Shown in pieces: positions 35,839 through 42,396 of a stretch of DNA of 42,396 nucleotides (position 1 is its first letter; each line of letters starts with the position of its first letter). The notes under the pieces are model-generated. The model did no database searches. It was not told where the DNA came from and saw nothing but the letters and a program-made list of their open reading frames with translations. A program made the translations under genes and the position numbers. The DNA is from a virus (Duplodnaviria > Caudoviricetes): the IMG/VR virus record IMGVR_UViG_3300038318_000507, positions 1 to 42,396 of that record. The stretch is one strand, 5' to 3'.

Positions 35839-37833
35839 TTAATCTTTTTTATAAAATGAGCAATCGAACCCATCGGCAATGAGTAACAGTCCCTCAGCCC
35901 AAGGCGGCGTCCGGCTCATTTGCTGACATAAAATTTCGGTAGACATTTCTGGACCTGCTTCGATGACGACTTCGTCGTGGATGTGCATCACGATGGAGCA
36001 ATGACGGAGCGTCTGCATGGCGAAGGATAAAATATCCCGGCTGATCGCCTGCACAATATTCTCCACGAACTTGGGACCATAGCTTTCGATACGTTCCCAT
36101 TTCTTTGTGCCACCGACTCCTTCGTAGGTCACACAGTCTGAGCTGAATTGGTTTGTGCCGATACGTGGCTTAACGTAGGAAAGCCTCCTGCCGGAGGGAA
36201 GCACGATAAACAGTATCCCACTTTGATAGCCAAAGCGAATGCCATGAGTTTCGGATACAGTCCTGTCCCTGACTGCTTTCATAGCCGCACGGTCAACATC
36301 CCACCAAAACCTCACGATATTTGGGTTCGCCGACCGCCATGCTGAAACGAGTGGACGGAGCTCCCCTTCTGATAAACCCATCTCCAAGGCACCCATCGCT
36401 TTGAGTGCACCGACCGAGCCGCCGTAGCCGAGGGCCAGTTCGGCAATCTTTCCTTTTTGTCGGAGTGGGCTACCCTTGGTAACTTCCTCAATCGGAACAT
36501 GGAACATCTGGCTTGCTGAAGCTTCGTAAATCTTGCCGTGGGTGGCAAACACATCGTTTCGCCACCGCTCTCCGGCAAGCCAAGCGATGACGCGGGCTTC
36601 AATCGCCGAAAAGTCAGCGACAATTAGCTTGTAGCCATCCTTCGGTACGAAGGCTGTGCGAATCAACTGGGAGAGAACATCAGGAATATTGTCATAGAGT
36701 AGTTCGAGGGCGCTAAAATCCCCGCTTCGCACTAATGAACGAGCTTGTTCAAGGTCGGCCAGATGATTTTGTGGCAGATTTTGCATTTGAATGAGCCGCC
36801 CGGCCCATCTGCCGGTTCTGTTAGCGCCGTAAAATTGAAACATTCCACGGGCGCGACCGTCAGCGCAGACGGCGTTTTCCATCGTCTGATATTTCTTGAT
36901 TGAGGATTTTGCTAATTGCTGTCGGAGAGATAGGACTTTTCCAAGTGGCTCAGGTGCATCCTTCAGCAACTCCGTTACCACTTTTTTTCCGAGAGAATCA
37001 GTTTCCATACCGTTATCGGCGAGCCACTGTTTCATTTGTTGTACTGAATTTGGATTATCCAGATCAGTTAGTTCCTTCATCAAGCGGGTCAACTCGGTAC
37101 GGGAGCGTGCATCTGCTTTAATGGCATTGCGGACGAGCGTCATATCCAAAGAAATACCACGATCGTTAATCTCTTGGTCATGGGCGTATTCTTCCCAAAC
37201 AGTATCAGGCACGGGAAACTTGGCAAGCCGCTCTTGGATAGAGAGTTCCGTCTCAACGTCGCGGCGATTGTATGCTTTGAACGCTTCCCATTTGTCGGGG
37301 GCATGTTCGGGTCGGTTACGAATCCGCTGACCGTTTGCGGCGGTGGGTTTACAGGGTGAGCAAAAGTACCTGATGAGATCCTTGCCCTCGGTCAGCTTTT
37401 GCTTCTCAAGTCCCAATACCGCTCCCGCGCCTTCGAGGGAGAGGGGCAAACCCATGTATGCTGACCAGATCATCGCACACCGCCACGATGCGGGGTTAAG
37501 GTATTTCGCCTTGCCGAGGATTTCTGCAGAGTGGTGGTTATCTGCAAACGGGTCAAGGCCGACGCCCATATCCGAAAGGTATCGAGAGAGACAGACCCTC
37601 TCAAAATTGGCGTTGAACGCCCATTTTTTAACATTATCGTCTGTTAACGCTTTGAGGATTTCTGGCGGTAGATGTTCGCCCGCCGCAAGGTCGATGACCT
37701 GAACCTCGCCACCATCTACGGAATAACCAAACAGGAGAATCTCGAAGTCGGGCGACTCAGCGTACTTGTACACGCCGCATTTGGAAAGGTCGTAGCCGCT
37801 ATAGGTTTCAATATCTATGGATAATGTTTTCAT
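35839..37833 (-). CDS. DNA polymerase, family A, with 3'-5' exonuclease
   Basis: SIDIET, AFNANFER, YNRRD exo motifs; RTGRWA, ADFSAIEAR, RQKGKIAELALGYGG, MHIHDE. Confidence 0.93.
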   Translation of the reverse strand: MKTLSIDIETYSGYDLSKCGVYKYAESPDFEILLFGYSVDGGEVQVIDLAAGEHLPPEILKALTDDNVKKWAFNANFERVCLSRYLSDMGVGLDPFADNHHSAEILGKAKYLNPASWRCAMIWSAYMGLPLSLEGAGAVLGLEKQKLTEGKDLIRYFCSPCKPTAANGQRIRNRPEHAPDKWEAFKAYNRRDVETELSIQERLAKFPVPDTVWEEYAHDQEINDRGISLDMTLVRNAIKADARSRTELTRLMKELTDLDNPNSVQQMKQWLADNGMETDSLGKKVVTELLKDAPEPLGKVLSLRQQLAKSSIKKYQTMENAVCADGRARGMFQFYGANRTGRWAGRLIQMQNLPQNHLADLEQARSLVRSGDFSALELLYDNIPDVLSQLIRTAFVPKDGYKLIVADFSAIEARVIAWLAGERWRNDVFATHGKIYEASASQMFHVPIEEVTKGSPLRQKGKIAELALGYGGSVGALKAMGALEMGLSEGELRPLVSAWRSANPNIVRFWWDVDRAAMKAVRDRTVSETHGIRFGYQSGILFIVLPSGRRLSYVKPRIGTNQFSSDCVTYEGVGGTKKWERIESYGPKFVENIVQAISRDILSFAMQTLRHCSIVMHIHDEVVIEAGPEMSTEILCQQMSRTPPWAEGLLLIADGFDCSFYKKD

Positions 37834-37849
37834 AAGCCCTCCATAATTG

Positions 37850-37881
37850 AAGAAGGCGGCAAGTTGCCCTGCCGCCCTCCG
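37850..37881 (-). terminator. Hairpin between SSB and polymerase (partial terminator or stability element)
   Basis: Minus strand GGAGGGCGGCAG-GGCAA-CTTGCCGCCTTC with a weak U-tract. Confidence 0.45.
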
Positions 37882-37898
37882 TAGTTTGTGTAATGTGT

Positions 37899-38486
37899 TT
37901 ATCCGAGGAAATCCTCGTCGTCGTAGGTGGCAAAATCATCCTCCGCCCGGGATTTACCGCCGAGGGGTTCGCCATCGCGGATTTTCTGCAGATTGTTCAG
38001 GCCACAGGCAATGCCTTTATTGCCGTTACTGTTGAAAGCGTAGAAATTGATGCTCGCTCTGCCATATACACCGCTGTAAACTTCCGAGCGGTTTATAATT
38101 TCCTGACGGTCTGCATCCACCACGCCCGGTGCGGTCGCACTGTTGGCATTGATGAAATAGGCATTGTTGTAAGCGGGATCATCGGGTCTTTCGGTGTCGC
38201 CATCGCGAAGCGGGGTCTTCAGTACAGCGATGGGTGGTACGGTTTTGCCATTACCCTTAAGCTTTGCCTCGCCCTCTCGGTAAGCCGCTTCAATCGCTGC
38301 CTTGATTTTGGCGATGGTCTTGGTATCGGACTTGGGGATAATGAGTGATACCGAGAACTTCGGTGTGCCGCCGTTGATAGATTTCGCTTCCCACACATTA
38401 GCGTAAGACCAACGAGTATCGGGTCCTGTGATGACCTTCATAGGGTTTTGAGCCTGAGTGTTTACATTGTTTGTCGTGTTAGCCAT
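37899..38486 (-). CDS. DUF2815 single-stranded DNA-binding protein (T7 gp2.5-like)
   Basis: RWSYANVWE, KFSVSLIIPK, PLRDGD, VYSGVYGR, GLNNLQK, acidic C-terminal tail; ATG 38486. Confidence 0.88.
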   Translation of the reverse strand: MANTTNNVNTQAQNPMKVITGPDTRWSYANVWEAKSINGGTPKFSVSLIIPKSDTKTIAKIKAAIEAAYREGEAKLKGNGKTVPPIAVLKTPLRDGDTERPDDPAYNNAYFINANSATAPGVVDADRQEIINRSEVYSGVYGRASINFYAFNSNGNKGIACGLNNLQKIRDGEPLGGKSRAEDDFATYDDEDFLG

Positions 38487-39621
38487 TGGAATTTTCCTCC
38501 TCATAATCATTAAAATCGTGTTTTGCTGTATGGATTGCCGGACGTTTGTCGCCCTCCGGTACGAGCGTTGGTTTGCCTTGGGGCTTCTCGACCAGATCAC
38601 CGAGCAGTTCGGAGAACCTTACCTTGCCGAGAGCCTTTTCCATTGAGGTGATGCCCATCACCTTGTGTTCATATGGGTCGTAGCCTGCCGCGCTGACGGC
38701 ATCTGCGACCGCCTGATCGTTTGTGTACCTGCGATTAGAACGACCTTCAACCAGTTTCCAACCTGACCAATGCTTGCCACTGAGCGCGGTTTGCAAAGCG
38801 TAGTCCTTGATGTCCGAAGCCCACGAAACAAGATCGTCTATCTTGCCAAGAAAGGATTCGATTTCATCATCTTCCAAAAGGGGCGGCAGCTTAAATTCGT
38901 ATTTTGCGAGTTCAAGGTTTTGCTCTGCCCGTTTGCGGCAGTCATGCTTCGCCTTACAGAATTGGCACCAATCGCCACACCGGAATTCGCCCTCGCCGTC
39001 GTAGGCAAGTTCTGCGATAGGTTTTAAGGTTTCTGCTGCCCACTGATAAAGTGATTCCTTGAAAACCGTGTGAGTGCTGATGTTATCTCGCCTTGGCTGG
39101 TAAATGGTCATGCTGACTGTGTCGATGTCATAGATGCCGTCAAATAACTCCAGAGCACCCAAGGCGTATAATTTCATTTGCGGGTTGTCGTCTGCTGCTA
39201 TGAGGACTCCGGCACCCATTTTAAAGTCAATTACATTGAGCGTGCCGTCAGCGATGATCACGCAGTCGCCGGTACCAAAGCCACCCTCGACATACTTAGA
39301 AAAGTCGAGACGTTGTTCAATCAGCACCACAGGGTCGGCGCAATTCTGCTTTGCCGTTTCCACCAGTTCCATGATGTAGGCGGCGTATCCGTTGGCGCAT
39401 TCCTCCATCTCTTCGGAGTAGTAGGCCAGGCTGGTGGTTGGGTCTTTTGTGCGGATGCCGAGTGCCGTTTTAAGCTTGTACTCACAAAGGGTGTGTGCCT
39501 CCGTGCCTTCGGCGGCATAACTGCTGCCTTTATCTTCGTACTGCTCACCAAGCCGGGCCGAGGGAGGGCAGTTCAGCCATCGGTGGCTTGAAGAAGCAGA
39601 GAGAAGTGCATGTTTACCCAT
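38479..39621 (-). CDS. DUF2800 PD-(D/E)XK (Cas4-like) nuclease
   Basis: HALLSASSSHRWLNCPPS, EGTEAH, GFGTGDC, IDFK, QMKLYALG, WCQFCKAK..C; ATG 39621. Confidence 0.88.
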   Translation of the reverse strand: MGKHALLSASSSHRWLNCPPSARLGEQYEDKGSSYAAEGTEAHTLCEYKLKTALGIRTKDPTTSLAYYSEEMEECANGYAAYIMELVETAKQNCADPVVLIEQRLDFSKYVEGGFGTGDCVIIADGTLNVIDFKMGAGVLIAADDNPQMKLYALGALELFDGIYDIDTVSMTIYQPRRDNISTHTVFKESLYQWAAETLKPIAELAYDGEGEFRCGDWCQFCKAKHDCRKRAEQNLELAKYEFKLPPLLEDDEIESFLGKIDDLVSWASDIKDYALQTALSGKHWSGWKLVEGRSNRRYTNDQAVADAVSAAGYDPYEHKVMGITSMEKALGKVRFSELLGDLVEKPQGKPTLVPEGDKRPAIHTAKHDFNDYEEENSNG

Positions 39622-39922
39622 TGCCCAGTACCTCCGCTTCTGCAAGCAGGGCTGCGTACTTTTTGGGGTCGATCTCTGATAGCTTCGCAGCGCCATGCTT
39701 TTCCAGCAGTTCCCGAATTTTAGTGGTGTGACCGTTACGGGATTTTTCTGCAAGCACTGCTCTGACATCTTCCAGCGTTAGAGGTTTTGAAGTTGGCTGT
39801 ACCGATGTTTCGGGCTGGCTGCCGCTGAAAAGTGCAGTCAAGCTATCAGCTACTGAGTTCAGGGACTGTGCAGCACTACGAAGTTCGACGACACAGAGGT
39901 CGAGTTCACTCATTTTGCTCAT
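39614..39922 (-). CDS. Conserved phage replication-module protein
   Basis: LTLEDVRAVLAEKSRNG....IRELLEKHGA.KLSEIDP..Y motif; ATG 39922 after GGAGGTG. Confidence 0.78.
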   Translation of the reverse strand: MSKMSELDLCVVELRSAAQSLNSVADSLTALFSGSQPETSVQPTSKPLTLEDVRAVLAEKSRNGHTTKIRELLEKHGAAKLSEIDPKKYAALLAEAEVLGNG

Positions 39923-40088
39923 CTGGTTCACCTCCTTCCCTGGTGGATTTTTTCTGCTTTTGAAGTGCGAGCAGCTTCTTGGCAAGACGTTTAGACACGA
40001 CGCTAATTGCCGTGAGGATGCCTGCAAGTTCTTCATCCAGCTCGGCATCACGAATTTCCGCGTTCCTTTCATTTGCTTCTGTTTGCAT
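39906..40088 (-). CDS. Small hypothetical protein
   Basis: 60-aa ORF with GGAGG RBS; first gene after motif copy 3. Confidence 0.65.
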   Translation of the reverse strand: MQTEANERNAEIRDAELDEELAGILTAISVVSKRLAKKLLALQKQKKSTREGGEPDEQNE

Positions 40089-40117
40089 TTTCTTACCTCC
40101 GTTTCCGAGAAGCTTTA

Positions 40118-40162
40118 CCGCCCCTCTACCGTCTACAGACAGAAGAGGGGCGGATGCGTACC
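40118..40162 (-). promoter_or_regulatory. Conserved promoter/hairpin motif, copy 3
   Basis: Minus strand GGTACGCA-N13-TGTCTGTAG; 10-bp inverted repeat 40118-40127/40144-40153. Confidence 0.75.
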
Positions 40163-40173
40163 ACGGAGAGTGG

Positions 40174-40860
40174 TTACTCGAAAAACTTCTTCAGGGCTTC
40201 GTCATTTCGCAGGATGTCAAGGATACGGCGCACATGAACGGTAATGCTGCGTGATGATTTAAAATCGTACTTGGGCGCTAATTCACGCACGGTTTTTTCA
40301 AGGATAATGCGGTCTGTTATAAGGTTACGGTCTTTTTGAGTGAGGGTAGCAAGTGCGGCATAGAGGGTGTCCAACAAGGCTTTTTGCTCTAAAATTTCTG
40401 TGATATCAGAGGGATCGGCAGGCTCGTAAAATGTATCTGAGCCATCAGAATCGTTACCCAATGGCTTATCAAGTTCAAATGTGCGGCTCGTGCGGGACTT
40501 ACATGTCTCACATTTTTGATCGCATTTGTTTGTGCCTTTCCATACACATTGGAATTTCCGCTCCTGGTACTTTTGTTCTCGCCATATAGAGCGCATATTG
40601 TCGCGTGCAAGGTCTTCGCTCATCTGACTACGGGGCAAGCGAACGACAAGACCTGATTCTTCATCGACATACCAGCGTTGAGGGAATGGGTTTTCGGGTT
40701 CTTCGGTAAGGGCAAGACACTCCGCTCGTGTTACTTTGAATTCCTGTGCTCCATCCTCCGATAGGATGTAGTAGGCCATCGGCTCACCGGATTTCGTGCG
40801 ATGTGGAATTGGGGTAGGTTTAAAAGATTTGTTTTGACTTTGATTTGCTTGATTTTTCAT
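40174..40860 (-). CDS. Phage sigma-70-like (region 4 HTH) regulator with a Cys4 cluster
   Basis: C-terminal LYAALATLTQKDRNLI...KTVRELA...SI HTH pattern; CVWKGTNKCDQKCETC; first gene of the leftward operon. Confidence 0.72.
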   Translation of the reverse strand: MKNQANQSQNKSFKPTPIPHRTKSGEPMAYYILSEDGAQEFKVTRAECLALTEEPENPFPQRWYVDEESGLVVRLPRSQMSEDLARDNMRSIWREQKYQERKFQCVWKGTNKCDQKCETCKSRTSRTFELDKPLGNDSDGSDTFYEPADPSDITEILEQKALLDTLYAALATLTQKDRNLITDRIILEKTVRELAPKYDFKSSRSITVHVRRILDILRNDEALKKFFE

Positions 40861-41046
40861 CAGATTGTCCTTTCCGCCTGTGCGGGGTCAAAGGACAACA
40901 CAAAGGGGTCTGCGGCGAGAAGCACACAGACCCTGCAACCTGAAAATGGGCGCAAAAGGGTAAGGCTACTCCTCATCGCCCACAACCACTTGTGGTGGCT
41001 GCGTTGAACGATTTGTGTATCCTTTGCCCTTATTGCAAATCAGGCA
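40861..41046 (-). ncRNA. Structured 5' leader of the sigma-like gene (candidate RNA switch)
   Basis: GC-rich non-coding stretch with several mutually exclusive helices, one covering the RBS. Confidence 0.6.
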
Positions 41047-41097
41047 TTGAATGAATTTTATTTGATCAATAAAAAATTGGTGTTTAGCAACATTTGA

Positions 41098-41126
41098 TTG
41101 AAATTTTCAGTTTTATGTGCTATAAT
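41098..41126 (+). promoter_or_regulatory. SigmaA promoter with extended -10 (TTGAAA-17-TGnTATAAT)
   Basis: TTGAAA 41098-41103, TG 41118-41119, TATAAT 41121-41126, pointing into the 41236 gene. Confidence 0.8.
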
Positions 41127-41165
41127 TTATCAATCTCATTGATCCCTTTTATTTTATAAAATGGG

Positions 41166-41204
41166 GTATCTCGATTTTAGATACTTTGAGATACCGTGAG
41201 ATAC
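41166..41204. repeat. (G/T)AGATAC heptamer array: three direct copies at 10-bp period plus one inverted copy
   Basis: 41178-41184, 41188-41194, 41198-41204 direct; GTATCTC 41166-41172 inverted. Confidence 0.85.
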
Positions 41205-41235
41205 TTTGGATGTTTTTAAGGAGGTGCGCATCAGC

Positions 41236-42396
41236 ATGCTGTTTACTGAATTAGTACACGCTATCCATCCGCATCTTATGAAGGACGCCGATGTTCCCGA
41301 TTTCATGCGCAATCTGATTCAAATGCTGTGCGATATCCCTGAAGAAGATTGGTCAACGAAAAAAGACCCTTCGTCAGAACAATCAAACAAGGATTCATCC
41401 TTGAGAAAGTTCTATACAAAGGGTCCAACAAAGAAATTAGCGAAGTCGATGCTTGGTAGGTTAACACGAGATAATTTTATTGAATCAATTTATCATGATG
41501 ACTATGCCGCTGAGCGTACTGATGTGGTTCTTGAGTCCTTAGCTGAAGATATACAGCCTTTTGTTGACGATGTAGATAAAGATAATGTTGGCGAGGCTTT
41601 ATTCGATCTGTTCAAACAGTCCTTAGAATTTATCGTAAACCCAGAATTAGAAAACGACCGCAAACTTTCTGCAGCTAAGACAAAATCGCAAAAAGCCAAA
41701 GGTTTATATGGATCTGGCTTGTTGGATGATTGCAGGTACGCTTGTTCAATACCAGGTTGTGGAAAGCATTTACAAGTTGTAAATGATAAAAACCATGCGG
41801 TTGATGATTATGAAATAGCCAGTATTAATATAGACAAGGCTTCTTCATATGAAAACTTGGTTGCAGTGTGTCACGATTGTTTTCAAAATTATACTTTTAA
41901 TCATATGAAGGCAGAGGAAAGAGAACTTCAGACAATAAAGAGGCTTCAGGTCGATGCCCGTAGCACACGGCGCACTCTTGATGAAGTAGCTATTGAGAAG
42001 GGAATAACACAGGTTGTCATAAATCTAAGCAAAGCAAAACCGGGGCAGCTCCTTGAACTTAACTATGATGCGGTGAGCGTGCCGGAAAAAATTGATGAAG
42101 ACCTGCACTCTTTTCTTGTGTACGAGGTTAAGGGGCATGTGACAAAGTACTTCTTATTCATAGAAAAGACAATGCAAGACCTGGCAAGACGCAAGCAATT
42201 TAGTGACGATTTGTTAAGAGCTCAAATAAAAGAATCTTATAGGAAATTAGCTGAGAAAAAGAATAGCCCGGAGATGATTTACAGTGCTTTATCAGAAAGG
42301 CTAAGAAACATCACCAAGCAGGATATTCGTTTCTGCGCTATTGTGATTTCTTATTTTATTCAGTCGTGTGAGGTGTTCAATGTTACTGCCAAATAA
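41236..42396 (+). CDS. Probable ABC-three-component (Lamassu-like) effector subunit: helical N-terminal domain + degenerate HNH + ABC-3C C-terminal domain
   Basis: CSIPGC...ENLVAVCHDC HNH-like zinc scaffold; C-terminal IVISYFIQSCEVF signature; ATG 41236 after AAGGAGGTG. Confidence 0.72.
   Translation: MLFTELVHAIHPHLMKDADVPDFMRNLIQMLCDIPEEDWSTKKDPSSEQSNKDSSLRKFYTKGPTKKLAKSMLGRLTRDNFIESIYHDDYAAERTDVVLESLAEDIQPFVDDVDKDNVGEALFDLFKQSLEFIVNPELENDRKLSAAKTKSQKAKGLYGSGLLDDCRYACSIPGCGKHLQVVNDKNHAVDDYEIASINIDKASSYENLVAVCHDCFQNYTFNHMKAEERELQTIKRLQVDARSTRRTLDEVAIEKGITQVVINLSKAKPGQLLELNYDAVSVPEKIDEDLHSFLVYEVKGHVTKYFLFIEKTMQDLARRKQFSDDLLRAQIKESYRKLAEKKNSPEMIYSALSERLRNITKQDIRFCAIVISYFIQSCEVFNVTAK
42380..42396 (+). 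CDS. Start of an overlapping downstream gene (MLLPN...), probable ABC-3C middle component; truncated by the window
   Basis: GAGGTG at 42370-42375 then ATG TTA CTG CCA AAT overlapping the upstream stop. Confidence 0.45.

Larger units (their letters stand above)
1..41050 (-). mobile_element. Temperate siphovirus-type prophage with a triple serine-recombinase integration module; att sites not visible in the window
   Basis: Co-oriented, complete-looking set of regulation, replication, packaging, head, tail, lysis and recombinase modules in canonical order. Confidence 0.95.

Noticed and set aside
38479-39621. Cas4-like nuclease as evidence of a CRISPR-Cas locus
   Set aside because: No repeat-spacer array or other cas genes; it sits in the usual DUF2800-DUF2815-PolA phage replication cluster
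535-40254. Numerous short plus-strand and alternate-frame ORFs in the ORF track outside the RIT element
   Set aside because: They shadow well-supported minus-strand phage genes and lack RBSs or recognisable motifs
1-42396. tRNA/rRNA genes and prophage attL/attR sites
   Set aside because: None recognised by eye; the window starts and ends at stop codons, so both att sites probably lie outside it

Overview
Almost the whole window is one integrated temperate siphophage of a Bacillota (Clostridia-like) host, transcribed on the minus strand. In transcription order (right to left): a sigma-70-like regulator; a replication module (DUF2800 nuclease, DUF2815 SSB, family A DNA polymerase, BRO/ANT antirepressor, VapE primase-helicase, VRR-NUC, SNF2 helicase); a late activator; packaging genes (HNH, small terminase, ParB-methyltransferase, large terminase); an HK97-type head; a tail with a LamG/endopeptidase tip and a GH18 hydrolase; holin and amidase; and a SHOCT gene plus three serine-recombinase genes. 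A ~3.5 kb AT-rich RIT element (three tyrosine recombinases, 30-bp terminal inverted repeats) is inserted at the terminase/portal junction. At the right end a divergent gene encodes a probable ABC-three-component (Lamassu-like) protein with a degenerate HNH domain. No CI-like repressor is visible. Instead the sequence suggests an unusual control circuit: a bistable RNA leader that hides or exposes the RBS of the sigma-like gene, and three copies of a fixed-spacing promoter/hairpin motif placed before the replication, antirepressor/primase and SHOCT-recombinase units. The SNF2 gene has a 5-nt break in its Walker A motif that looks like a ribosomal stop-hop site. All family assignments come from motif recognition by eye; no searches were run.
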